From the NCBI RefSeq assembly GCF_032062105.1, contig NW_026927584.1, forward strand, positions 124,001-188,000: a stretch of 64,000 nt of DNA, read 5' to 3'. The notes under the pieces were generated by a model that saw only the letters and a list, made by a program, of their open reading frames with translations, did not search any database and was not told the origin of the DNA. The translations under genes and the position numbers were made by a program. Positions 36,535-50,700 of this stretch are shown here, piece after piece. Origin of the DNA: Saccostrea cucullata. Lineage: Eukaryota. Every line of letters begins with the position of its first letter. Within the stretch, counting starts at the first letter, position 1.

Positions 36535-39500
36535 TTAAAATGGCTCCACTACACCTTTAGACAACAAAGGACCATTTTCATATAACTGCAATATAGGCCA
36601 TACAGTAAAGTGGACAATCTTTCCATGTTTTGAGTGTTCCTTCATATTGTCGTTTATTTTAAACCCTTCTTCGGGCCACACAAGTTTCATAGGCGGATCC
36701 TGAATAGAAAATAACCAGCATATTCGAACACAGCTCTCAACATAGTTAATTATTTCTTTAGATTTATCCCATCCTGTTTCTGCAAATGCACCACCGTGTG
36801 TATACCAAAAGATCTAAAATAAAATTTAAGAAAAGGAATCTAAAATTGTAATATTTGATAATTACCGCACATGTTTGGACAATTATCATGAATGCAAATA
36901 AATTTGAGTAACAGTGTAGTCAGTTTGTTCTATCAAAACTAAACATATTTACCTCCTGAACAGCTGGTACGGCGTACAAACCCGTCTCCTGTTGTATCTG
37001 ATGGACTCTAGGCTGCAGTTTCTGTTCTGTGGTGTGGTTTACTCTAGCCTACGAAATATAACAGGGGTTTAAAACATAATGGAAGAAAAGATTATTCATA
37101 AATTATTGTTTTAAAGAGGCTGTCATACAGTGCAGACATGTAGTGACGTTTTTGAACAGGGGGTACCAATCAGGAAAAATTTTGACGCCCTACTTGCAAT
37201 AGCTTCGACAAGCAAATGAAAATCGGAATTTGGAGAAATCTTATTCATGAATAATTTAAATGCACATATTTTCAGAATAATCTGCAGGAGGAATCTGGTC
37301 TGAGATCGCCTTTTAATCGAATATTCTTTTCCAACCAGAGTTATGTCGTTACATGTTTTCCTATCGCCGACTGCATCATCTCTGGGGAAATCGTCTACAT
37401 TCATAAACTTCTTAAGGAAAATACTTTAAAAATGGTTACACTGTATACTATTTAGACAATTTACCCCTTTCAAGAAGTCAAAAATGAGACAAAAACGCTC
37501 ACTTTAAAAATATGTATTTACTGTTTCTTTTTATTTTACTCACTTTCAAGGTCACTTACATTTGCTATTGCTGGTAATCCTAAGGGGTAAACTAGAGCCT
37601 CCGTTATTTTCCCTCTGTGTTTTCTGGCTTCTTCTCGACATAATTCATACGCCATCTGTATCAAAATTCAAAGTGGTTTAGTAACCAAATTCAGAGCAGA
37701 TGTACTTTTATGTACATTTTTATGCCATCCCCTTTTTTTTTATCAAACACCCTCGCCTTAAATTTTAAAGCTCTACTATCTATTTCATTAAGCTTACTTC
37801 TAACATTTTGCCCAATCTTCTAATGATTTCCTCTTCGTTCCTTATTTGACCCATGCCTTTTAATGCTTTAAAAGCAATGGTCCACTCCCTGTGATAAAGA
37901 TCTCTGAAGTACTCAGCTATTTTCTCTGGTGTATTCAGGTCGCTCAGCTCTATTTTAGGCCGATGGTGGTCTCTCCGTTTTTGGTCACCAACCATGGAAA
38001 AACTGAAATAGAATGCAATAATAAGACGGTCTCAATTATTTAATTGATAAAGAAAAATGTTATGGTTATGTGCAAGGGTATACACGCACTTTCTAAAGAA
38101 CTCAATCCTAGATCTTTTTTATTCATTGATCATTTCATCTTTTTGAACAATATAGGTGGTGTCATTTAGTCTGACTTAAAAATTTCATTCTCATCCTTGA
38201 GACCTAATGGAAATTGGAAAGGGCCTTTTTTTTTAACTAAAGCATGGTCTCAGAACTCCTGTAATATTTCACACAGTAGCTAAGAATGATGCGTGGTTTG
38301 CACGGCGGCTTCAGAAATTATTTCACATACTTATTAAACACAATTCTCTGAATCTCCCTCTTTTAATATCAGATTTTACATCATGAAATATGAAGACAAC
38401 GAACATTAATCAAGTTAAAAGTTAATTATTGGAATTAATTTCATGGACATACAGTAATGTGAATTTATTTTGTGCTCAACTTGATAGTTTATAATATTAT
38501 ACTTTTATGTAAATTAGTTGAATCTGATTGGTCGACAAACATATCTTAAAAAGCACTATTACCCGCTGAACAATGAAGTCACGCCCTCCAGCGTAGCAAC
38601 AGTCAACATTGCTTGACGAATGGTTCTATTCCAAAAATTAGCGACTGCGCAGAATTAATGCGCGCACGGTTCATTCTTATATGTATTTGCATAAAACATT
38701 CAGTATAATGTAATAAATATAGCATATTTTATGGAAATCATAGAATATACGTATTTTGTGGCTTCCTCACAACCCAATATTTATATAGGTACTTCAACTC
38801 AGCTACATGCATAAGTGAGCTAGTTTAGAGGCTAACACGCGCAGGTAGTATTTTTCTATAATAGCATCCAGTTTTAGATTCTTTTAACCCAAGAAAAGTT
38901 CCAAGTATTGCATACATGTACCTTGTTTCACGATCTTCACTTGTGTTCAAATACTCTGAATTGGTAGACCCTGCAGGGGAATTCTTTAAAGGAAAAAAAA
39001 TAAAAACCATAAAAGAATTATAAATAGTGTGATATTTCTACTTACTGAAATACTAGTAAACGTATTTAAGATATGTTATAGAATCGCTTTAAAATACATG
39101 TATATTCACAATACTTTGAAGTTTTGTGATGTTTTATATATTTTTGGATATGTGTATTTGATAGACTCTTGCCTGTACTTACACTGAATACAAACTCTGG
39201 AACAACCGATTGCCTTTGGAGGTAGTTTTGGTACTCTTTTAGAAGATTATGGAATTTTTCTTCGCCGTCTGCCTTGTACTTTAATATTTCTTGTAAATGT
39301 CTAGACTGAGCAGCATTCAAAAGCCTCATTATATCTCTCTGTAATTTGAAAAAAAAAACTTTATGTTGTACACTACATGTTTAAAAAAATTTCTATTTGA
39401 AATGTAACAATATGAATTTATCTAAGATTACTAGCATTATGTAAACAAATAACTTGAAATCAAATTAAAGGCAAATAAAATGAAACAAGGCATAAATGAA

Positions 39501-39762
39501 ACAAAATGATTGGTATAATAAATATTTTCAAACATTAATTGAATAAATTAACTTCTGAGAAAATCATAATTTATGTTCATATAAGATTCACTTCCTTTTT
39601 ACTTACCTGTGTGTCTGGGATCAGCATGGGCAGCGTCTGACATATAGCGTTAAGTTCTCTAATGGCTATTTCTACATCTGAAGTACTGAAGTCGCTCTCG
39701 TAATATTTACATTGATGCAGTTTATCAAAAACTTTCTTCAAATACGCGTATTTGTCAGACAT
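36535..39762 (-). CDS. G5: MIEAP/SPATA18-like domain protein, 7 exons, ~349 aa
   Basis: Exons 39607-39762, 39183-39338, 38922-38983, 37798-38002 (ELSDLNTPEKIAEYFRDLYHREW), 37560-37655 (MAYELC), 36953-37048 and 36535-36813 (CVRICWLFSIQDPPM..HGKIVHFTVWPILQLYENGPLLSKGVVE; this exon is absent from the ORF track). Total 1050 nt, in frame. Confidence 0.85.
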
Positions 39763-41827
39763 CTTTATCTCTCTTCTCCTGTAACCACTTTTTCTATAAA
39801 AAGCGAATAAAAATTCAACTTAATTGACTACATTAACGATAGATTTTAACTGATTTGCAGTGTTTACCTTCGGACAATTCCTGTACAGAAACATTGAGTG
39901 CATGGTCTTGTTATCAATATAATCAATTACTTTAAATGTTCAAATAGCTGACAATGTAAAACATTGAATTGATTATATATATTTAATTTTAGTAATGTTT
40001 GTAATTAAGAAATTTTTAACTGAATATTTTATTATTTTTCTTTTATCCCATATTTTGATAAAAACGCCTTTTTAAATATAACCAATCAGCGATAAGTACT
40101 TACCTACAAGACCAAATTTTATCACCTGAAAAAGATCTTGAACTAAAAAAAAAAAAACTGAAACAAAGCATAACAGGTTTAGTGAGGTTATACGCTACCT
40201 CAGTCTTTTAAAATACCGCACTTTACTGGAGATTTGACGTCAGTTTACACAGTGTATGGACAACAACTCCTGTCAGAGTTGATAATTTTAAGCGATTTGT
40301 TTTAATTCCTTAAAAAAAGTAAAATTAATTTTACAGTTATCTGAAAGCTTTTGTTAACTTTAAGAAAAAATATATATATTAAGTATGTTGTAAAATGATT
40401 TTATTATAAAGGGGAAAAACCTGTTGTTCTTTTATATTTTCCCTGTTTTGGCCCCAGTTCGATCGGAAATATTTCAAAGACCATTCTTTTATATACAATA
40501 CACTACTGCCTAACAAACTGATCTCTTCAACTATCAAAAAGATCATTTTGTCTGTATAAAGATAAGGAGTTGTAAAGATTTTTTAAAAAAATCAATACTG
40601 AAATGTAAATGCAAATGTTTGATGCAGTCAAAGCAGATATAGTCCTTATATAAAAACTTGTATAGCACTCTAAGCTAGTCATTTTTAGCAATAACATGGT
40701 AGATTTTTATTACGACTTTAATTTTTTTAAATGTTATTGCATCTACGTGTCTGCCCAAACAACTTGCTTTTAAACAATCTGATATTACAGCATTTTTACG
40801 AAGTACAACATTAGATAAAATTAGGCCCCTATATTGAAAAAAAAAATGATAAAAACTAGTTTCACCTTATTCCTAAGAAATGTCCTAATAATAAAGTATG
40901 ATATAGCTTTTTTAAAGTAATAGAATAAGGTTTTTTCGATTAAAAAAAATGATTAATTAAGTAGAACAGCAATTCAATTTAATTTTTGTAATATGAATTA
41001 AATCTTCAAAAATGCAATTATAATTTTACATGCAGTTAGTGAAATTTTACATTTTTGGAAAGTATAAGTCAATTGGAATCATTATAGTAAATTATAAGTT
41101 TTCTATACGTATATACAAAATATAAAGGAACATGTTAGAAGGCACATGTAACTTATCAAATAGAAAAATGACCATTTGCAGCAGGAGAAATGCTCAACGT
41201 ATGTTAGAGAAATCAATTTAAATTGGCAGAAGCATTCATGGTCCCCAAAGCCAGCAATCAAGTTACTTGAATCTGTTGCGTTATTATAAATGAGTGAAAA
41301 ATGTATTGGGGCATAAATTCCTTGCTTTTTTCATGCAATATTTGTTATAATTCATATGCTTTGTCTATTTATTTCAGAATACAGAATTAAATATGAATAG
41401 TACTTACATGTAATAACTTGGAAAAAAAAAATATCAACTGCCTCTGAGACGTTTAAACGCTCATTTCATAGACTACACTGAAAATCGATCTATTTATCCA
41501 CAAAAAATATAACGAAATATAATTCATAGATATGCTTTTAATACAATTTATCTTTTCAACTTTAGCTACAAAATAAGTTGTAGTGGGTGTATGCCAATAT
41601 CTATTTCAGGTACTAGTATTTATTTAGTATTTTCCGTCTCACTTACTACAGCATATCAGTATTCTTGATCATAGTTTCTAAGAAATATAGTTTTAGGTGT
41701 TTCCTTCATTTTTTTTCCCAACGTTAACTCAGAGCAGAAACAAAAAAATCAGCAAACTTTTAAATTGTGATCACTCAATGTGAAAATAAATTCCTTTTCA
41801 AATCATTGAAAATTGATCAGCTGGTTA

Positions 41828-44800
41828 TCAGACTGGTTGGACGACACCTTTGGACATCAGAGGACCATTTCTATGTAAATATAATGTTGGCCACACGACG
41901 TAACTGATTACAGTTCCCCGTTTGGTAAATTCTTTGACATCCTCATCAATTTTACTCTGTTCTTTTGGCCACCATAACTGCATAGCAGGATCTTGAATGG
42001 CAAATAGCCAGCAAATTTGTACACAGCTTTTGATGTAAGTCATTATTTCCCGTGATTCGTCCCAGTCGTTCATTTTAATTTCTTTTTCATGGTGTTGCTG
42101 AAACATCTGAAAATCAAAAATGAAATGATTTTTTTTTAATCATAAAGGAGAATTGTACAGGTAATGTGAGCACTAAGCTCACTAAATGATACCTCCGCCT
42201 AACATATGATTATAGTTACAAAGTCCATGTTTTGCTCTGGGTGACCCTGACTAAGTGTCAGATCTAAAAGTAAAATAAGAGGTGCATAATGGCATTATCA
42301 TGTAATAAAGAATCTATCAAAGTATCATCAAATTTTATGTGATTTAGGATGAGTGGCGGAGAGATTTAAGAGATGGGTACCCTTTTCAATATTATAGAAA
42401 GAATGACAGTGTCCATGTTGTGCTATGGGAAACCCACAATATGTGTCCGACCCACAAGTAAAATAGGAGGCGCACAATGGCACTATGTACAATGTACATG
42501 TAACAAAGATACTTTGAAAGTTTCATTAAATTTCATTCAGTGATATGAGAGGAGTTGCGGATAAGAGGTGGGTACCCCAAAGCGTAACAGACGGACATGC
42601 AGACGTCCAGACATCCCGATCACTATATACCCTCCCAGTTTTCAAGCAGGAGAGGGTGGTTATATTTACATATCATTTCTGAAAAATTAAAAAACTAAAT
42701 TTACTTTTACCAATTAAAATCTTTTTATAATGTGTATACCTCCTGTATGGCAGGGATGGCGTAGACGCCCGTTTCTCTTTGTATCTGACGGACTTTGGGG
42801 CGCAGTTTTTCCTCAACATTTGGCTCTACACTGGCCTACAATATTGGAAGAGATGTGTATATGGAATCTCTTAACCATTGATCATAATGGCTTTATCATT
42901 GACAATGCAATTTTTGACTCGAATATGCACATGAGAATCATATTTCTTTTACTGAATGTTCATATTGCACTGCTCTTACATTTAGTGTTAGATGAATTCC
43001 AACGGGATATACTAATGTTTCTCGGATTTTTTCTCTGTGTTTTCTTGCTTCTTCAAGGCAAAACTCATAAGCCATCTGTAGCAAAAAAAAATTGAATTAA
43101 TATTCAAAAATATCCCATTGTTAGCCAAGTATTCAAAAGAGTGCATGTTATCATAACACGAAAAATAATTCCACTCTATAATTATATAAATACACTAAAA
43201 AATGGTAGTTTTTTCTGGATCTTATCCAAGTGCGCTCTTAAGAACACCGTATCTGGCCTTTCCCCCTTCTCTTAATGATTCTGAATCCTTCAATATTTTG
43301 AATTCTTAGGTTTTACATCTAATCTTATGGTATCATAATTCGTGATCTGTAATATTTATTTATCATAAATATATTATATATCTGACTGACCTTTAACATT
43401 TTACCAAGTTTCTTGACAATATCTTCTTCGTTTCTAAGCTGCCATTTTTTGTGTAGTACGTCATAAGCATTGGTCCACTCGTTGTCGTAAAGTTCCTTAA
43501 AGTACTCCGCTAGTTTAGTTGGTCTGTTAATATCACTGAGGTCCGCTATAGAGGGATTGTTGCTTCTCAGTTTCTCCCCAGCAACCTTGCTTAATCTGTT
43601 AATATAATAATTCTATAGGTTTTCGCTTCGTTCCTCAAGTGAAAACGGGTCAAAACAGACAGGTCAAAATCAATAGTTTTCTTTCAAAATAGTCATAATT
43701 TTTCAAATTTTAGCCCATCTGAACTGAGGGCTCAAGTGAGTTTTTCTTGAGCATATTTTTTCTGGCATCCGTTCGTCAGTCCATTCAAGTTCGTTAAATA
43801 AAAGAATCATGCCTCAAAGGGCACTGAACAATAAAGTTAAATCATTCAGATAAAAATTAGCAAAAATTTCACTCCATATGCAACTTTTACAAACCCTCTT
43901 TTCATGAACCCGGGATTGAGGTGGGACCAAAATGGCCGATCAAAGTTCAACATATTAGTAAATAAATCTTCTAATGAACAGCTTAGCCTTGATTAATCAC
44001 ATGTGTACTTATACGGAAGCATTCTCAAGTAGTGTAGATTCAACTTAATTCAAATTATCCCCTCAGGGGCAGGGTGAAGCCCTTTTCAAAGTTTTACATA
44101 GAAAGATAAATATGGAAAATTGGAAATACATGTATCATACAAAAACTCAGGAACAGCAAAGACAGGAAAAATCATATTGATGTGGATGAAAGTTATGTAG
44201 TTTCAAGTCTGTTCAAATCATGACCCCTAGGTATAGGGCAAAAATATCATTATCAAAGTTTTTGCCTTGTTGTAAATTTTGAATTTACCGGGTGGCAGTA
44301 AAAACAAAATTTACATTGCCATCTGGTAGTACAATTTTTATCCTTGGACTTTAAGTAACTTAAGGCGTGGTATTTTCGACGTAACATAATCAGTGTATGA
44401 AATTTACACAGCCTTTCATTTACTGTTGAAATATACATGGGAAAGCAATACGTCTCAGTAATGAAACGCTGTCATTGGATCATTGCTACACTAGTTGACA
44501 TTCGCCCGAATTTCTATTCCATGTATATTTCAACAGTGAACGAAAGGCTGTGTAAAGAGATGGGGCTTAATGTTATGAATTTCTTAACCCATGATAATTT
44601 GAGAGACGTTAATTATGTAGCTTCGAGAATGCCATGTCTCACTGAAAGTCCAAGGTTGACAAAGAATTGTACTAAATTTAAAATTTATAACATGACATGT
44701 TTCATATTAGGAATAAATAGGAAAAATCTTTAAAAACCTTTCACTTAGGAGCCATTGGGCCGGAAGAATTACCTGTTTTTAAGTTCATTAATTTCCATGT

Positions 44801-45537
44801 CCTTACGAGCCATTTCGTTACTAGTTTTTGAAGTCATTGATTTTGCAGATCCTTTATGTTCCGGATTTGGTCCAATTTCTGAGGGTTTGGCACTTCCTCT
44901 ATGTGAACCCTGTGTGTAAGAAACTCGGGTGTTATTCAATTTATACCTGACACAGCACTTAAATTATATACCTGTTATAGTACTTTGATTTACTAGTACT
45001 ATTATTGGAATGTTAATGTTAAAACTACAACAGGTATAAATACAAAATTGTTTAGCAATTATATTCTGTTAAACAAAAGTGAATTTTGTTATCTGAAAAT
45101 GAAATTCGCTTCGCTTTTATTTTATTTACTCACGTGCACACTTCCATTTGAGGGTCTGGCTCTTGATTCCAAAGACTGTTCAAAATCTTTTACAACCGTT
45201 AAATATCTGGGCATGATTTCATGTTGCTTCTTAAACCTAATTAATTCTTGTGGTTTTCTTGATTCTGCCAAATCAAGAAATTTGAGCAAATCTACCTGAA
45301 AAGAAAACCATCGACTTGAATATCATTGTGTATATGTATAAAACTAATTTCTAGTACTTTTATACTATATTTAATTCTTACCTGAACAAAGGCAGGTACA
45401 GTCGTCAGGGCCTGACATATGGCCGCCAATTCTCTCTTTGCGTACTCTACATCAGAATTGCTGAAATCATTTTCGTAATATTGTCTGTTTTCTATGCATT
45501 CCACAACTTTTTTCAAATGACGATATCCGTCACCCAT
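41828..45537 (-). CDS. G6: MIEAP/SPATA18-like domain protein, 7 exons, ~376 aa
   Basis: Exons 45382-45537, 45134-45295, 44773-44909, 43391-43595 (RLSKVAGEKLRSNNPSIADLSDINRPTKLAEYFKELYDNEW), 42980-43075 (MAYEFC), 42740-42835 and 41828-42106 (CVQICWLFAIQDPAM..VVWPTLYLHRNGPLMSKGVVQ). Total 1131 nt, in frame. Confidence 0.87.
43708..44240 (-). mobile_element. HINE-like fragment (reverse) in a G6 intron
   Basis: Terminal hairpin 'tttagcccatctgaactgagggctcaagtgag', a ccgttcgtc tract and 'ttcaaatcatgacccc' satellite-type subunits. Confidence 0.5.
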
Positions 45538-47789
45538 TCCTTCTCCTTCAGAAGCTAAAACAATAAATAAATAAATAAATAAGTCAGAATACGTAAAACA
45601 GACAGGAATCACTCCTTGTCAATATTTAACATGAATGAGCATTTTTCCATATTTAACTTACAGCTGTATTATTAACACAGATTGTTATTTTAATATGCTG
45701 CTATTTAAATCAATATTTTAAGGTATTCATCTGCTAATCTCTATATTGATTTTATCATATCTGAGAACAAAGAAAACATCTTTTGGAGATATAAATATCT
45801 GTATTGAGTTATGAAGACATAAAGCTTTGTATTTAAAGCTACCCAAAGTAGCTATTTTTACCTACTTTCTTATGACCAAATGCAGGAACGGCGCAACAGT
45901 GTCACACTGATAATCAATATGAGAAAAAATTTGCCAAAAAAAAACTTTATAGATCAATTTTTAAAACCAAAATGCCTGACAGGTATACTATATTTCTCCT
46001 AACGCAAAAGGATTTCTTTTTAACATTTTGCTTCCATACAATCTTTTTTAAAAAAAATCCCTGTATCAGAGTACTTTATGCGTTTCAATTGTTCAATATT
46101 TTTACAATTGCAAATATGCATTTTAATTCAGCATTTATTATACTAATGATAACCAGGCTAAGCTCTTCTTACCTGTGTTCAGATTCTACTTCCTGTTTCG
46201 TTTTCACGGGATTTTCATGACAACGGCAAACAAAAATCAAGAGGCTCCTAAAGGGGTTTATCCACAAATGAGGATAAAATGGTAAATATTAATTTGATAA
46301 ATTCACTTTCAGCTATGGACGCATTACGGCTGCTAAAACACAATAATAAACATTTGAACAGTCAATGCTTTTAAACGTTCACCTAAATTTAAATCGATCG
46401 ATACAAATATTGATGTAGAATCACTGGATAGAACGCTACATTTGAAGTGACGGTAATGTGGCATTGGGTGGCAGCCCCGATGTGACAAAAGTCATACGCA
46501 AATGCATGTGTTGTGTACTGAGAGGTTAATACTTAAGTAAACTAATCTACACATGTATACATGAAGCGTTTCTTGATGATGACAGCTTTTCTCCGACTTC
46601 TATACATGTGTATATGAAAGAATCGATCTGTCTGAATACTTTCATGTAAATTATAATAAATAAAAGCCATTCATGATCATCATTTGATTTTTTCGAAACA
46701 GAATTAAAGTTTGAACTAAATCTAGAATCAGATGTACATGTACCTAAATTTGATTTGTTTATGCTAACTGCACTGCATATGCTTTATTTTTTCCATTAAT
46801 AAAATATATAATAAGATACAAAGATTTTGTGCAAAGGGAATGAATCCCAAAAAGGAATTAGAGGAATATCTTTAACGGTTACAGTTACATGTAGATCACT
46901 AGTTGTAAATATATTTTTGTATGGTTTTTTTCTTTTGCATTTCACGAGGTAATTATTTAATTATTATTACAAAAATATCTTTCAAAGATTTTAATTAAGA
47001 ATATTCAAATTTTAGACTATTTAATATACTCACAACGAATTTTTAAAAATACATAAAAATGAATCAAATTCATTAAAACAGACCACCATTTTATTGTTTC
47101 TTCAAGACAGCATGGTTTATACAATTTTTAAAGTATACCAGCATAATTAAAGCAAATATGTGCTGGGATAAACAAGTTTAAATTTACATCCTTATTAGTA
47201 TCTAAAATTACAAAGCATGAAACTACACGTGAACAACATTTTGATGAAAAATTTGATGAGAAATGAACAAAAGGGGAGGGGAAGAGGTTGAGGCCCCTAA
47301 ATTTTTTTACACGATAATAGTTATTGCAAATATTTAATTCTTACTCCAAATGCTTACATACAAGAGGTAGAAAAAGTATCACAGTAAGTATAAAGGAACA
47401 TCTCAAAATCCATTACAGTCCTTTGGCACAAAAACGTGAAAAAAATCTGTTCAAAACCAGGTGCATAGTATACTAGTATATCTGTGTGATCTCAAAGTCC
47501 AAAATTAAACATAAAATCAAGTTCTTGACGTATAATACAGTTACTTTTACCAATACATCTGTATGGTGTGTAATTCACCTTTTCATCATATGTCTAACTG
47601 TTTTATCTGTACATTGCACGTAAGCTTACTTTTACAATAAATTTTGCATTTGTGAAGATATAAAATTACGCAAATGAGGTAAATATTTGATTTAAAGTCG
47701 CGACAAAAGCATCTCGTTTTCTGAGATGAAGAGAAATCAATGCCTTGCATGTTTTGAAATCACATACGTATTCAGTGCAAAACATATGT

Positions 47790-50700
47790 CTAAACTTTCC
47801 GTTCAAAGGGATAAACGTATCCTTTGCTAACGATTGGTCCTCTATTGTGTAAAAATAAAACAGGCCATACCGATACTTTAACAATGCTACCATTAGTTTT
47901 ATATAACTTGTAATAGTCTTTATTAATTGCCTCCCCTTCTGTAGCCCACGTGATCACCATAGGCGGATCCTGTATGCACATTAACCACGTGATCTCTATA
48001 CAGGCGTCAATGTAAGCTAGGATTGGTTTTGGAAGTTGGCGTGGCTCCAGCTGAAAGTTCTGTCTCAGAATTTGTTTTTTGAAGACCTAAGTAAAATTAT
48101 ACTAGGATATCTTACTTTGATTTCACTGGATATCAATTTATATTGCAGTTGCTTATAGGCAATAAGAAATACTAGGTTAACTAAAGGCTGGTGAATTTAT
48201 TTTGATGCTTAGTACACTATCATTTAAAGAGTGCAGACCAAAAATTACCTCCTGTAACTCTGGAACAGATTTGACACCTGCTGCCTTTCTGAATTCTTTA
48301 GAATGTCTGTTACAAACTGATCGCAGCAGTTTTCCTTGACTTTCGTCAAGACGCACATCTACTGAACCAATTGACGAAGAAAAATTGGTCTAAAATGTAA
48401 TTGTAACATATATACTAAACATTTTTCAGTCAAATATTATTTTCAGAGAAAAATAAATGCACTTTTCTTAGAAATGTAAATGATTTACTGTTCACAAGGA
48501 AATTACTTTGCTTACCGAATCGGACATAGAATGTCCATGGAAAGACGAGGGATGTAGAATGTGTTTCTCCATTGACAGCGACAAGTTAGACAATTGAGTT
48601 TCAGAGGACTTTTTGCAGAAGTCATATGCATACTGAAATATTTTCAATCAGAAACTAATTTTCTTTTGAAATTCATATAAAATATTCGTAAAATTTAAGC
48701 TATGTGAACAATTTTAAAAATAGGAAAACTGCTCTTATCATTTAACTAATTACATGTAAAGAAAAATATTCAAAAAATATATCTTAGATTCTAGATCTAT
48801 GAAACATTTCCTTTTCGGTCTGTAGAGGAATGTATACAGAGTGGATATGTTTCTGTCGTACTACCTACTCTGAGTATTCTCAGTAGAACTCTCAGACAAT
48901 TAATTCTCCTCAGTGTACTTAAGCTGAGTGTGGTTTAGTTCCTGATATATTACCTACCCTGAGTATCCTCAGTAGAACTCTCAGACACTCCTCCTCTGTG
49001 TACTTGAGCTGAGTCTGGTTTAGTTCCTGATATATTACCTACCCTGAGTATTCTCAGTAGAACTCTCAGACAGTCCTCCTCATTGTACTTGAGCTGAGTG
49101 TGGAAGGCGTCATACGCATCAGACCATTCCTCATCATATAGGCTTCCCAACTTCTCCCCGATTTTTGTCGGTCTGTTCTTGTCACTCAAGTCCGCCATGT
49201 TAGGATTACCAGCTAGCAACTGTTTGCTTGCAAAACTGCTTAATCTGTAAAACATTCTTTTGCACTGTACTGGTAATCAAATTAATCATTATGGAAAAAA
49301 CGGCCTTCCAACATCTCTGCCTTTGGTTTGTGTCAAATCTTATTATCTTTAACATTCATTTTACAAATTGACCTGTAAATAATATAATTCTGTGATTGGT
49401 TCCTTCTCGCCCATGCAGACACTAGCGTGCAGCACGTTTACACATACCTGGTTGTGAGTTCCTCTATCTGCATTTCTTGCTGTTTAATTCTTTTGTGAAG
49501 ACGATCGTACTCTTCTTTTGAAATGAAGATGGACCCTGAGCTATGCTGACTATTGTAAGCCTGAGAAGAAGGAGGTCTGGAAGCAGAGATGAGGCTTCTA
49601 TTTAAATGATTACTAGCATCTTTGGTTGACCCTCTTTTAATGCTGGAATTGAAGTCAGGTTTGTTCGCCGAAGTATTGTCGGCCTTGTATAGAGGTTTAG
49701 TTGTGGTGTATTCTGGGTTTATGGCTTTCATTGGTCCATCTTTATGTGGGGTGTGGTGGTGGTGGTGTGAAGTTGGTGTTTGTGGTTTACGTTTAGCAAG
49801 AAGAGATCCACCCAGGTTTTGTTTTATTTGTGGTTCTCTTGGAGAGCCATCGGGCTGAAGTTTTAAAAAATTAAAAAGAGAAAAATGATTATTAATCTGT
49901 CAATTAAAATATACAAAAAGATCTTTAGTTTCTGTCATTCATTTTGAAATATCCATTTTTTATGACTCACAGAGAGTTTCTTTATTTCCTCACAAGCTCT
50001 TGCAGATCGTTGTAAGGCGTTCAATTCTCTCAGAGCATCATTAGAAAGGCTTTTGACAGAGGTTTCTTCAGTTGATCTCTGTATGATATAATACAGTTTT
50101 GGTCCGTACATTTGATCGACGTGAGAAGACGCTCTTGGCTGACATTCGGAAGTTTTCTGAAACTAAACATCTGCATTTAACTTAACTATTATCCAACATT
50201 AAATTATTTAAATTACTTATCCTAAAAAAAATTGCTGCCCGGTAACTCATGAATGTCAGAAAATGCACATTGTAGGTCAGATCAAGAGTCCTAAGAAAGT
50301 CTGCTATTACATATATGCTCCTTACGTGTATAATTTCTATATAAGCAGTTTGGTCTAAATTAGAACACACATATCGATTTTACTTTGAAATTGTTGATCT
50401 CATAACTTAGACTAGGAAGCCGACAACGGGTTTTTTTTATTTAAAAAAAAAAAAAACTACATTTAATTATTGAGTACTGAAATGTGGATTAAATTGTTCC
50501 TAGATGTTTATTTTTTTAAGTGAACTAATTGTTATTATTATACTTTCATGTTAAATACTAAAATCTGATTGGCTTAGATGCAGTTAACAATCCGTTCGAT
50601 TACCCTGAGCCTTAGCAACACACGTGGCAACGGGTAACACAACGGTAATGCCAAATGCGTGGAAATTATGCGCGTACGGTTCAAATGATTACTCAAAACG

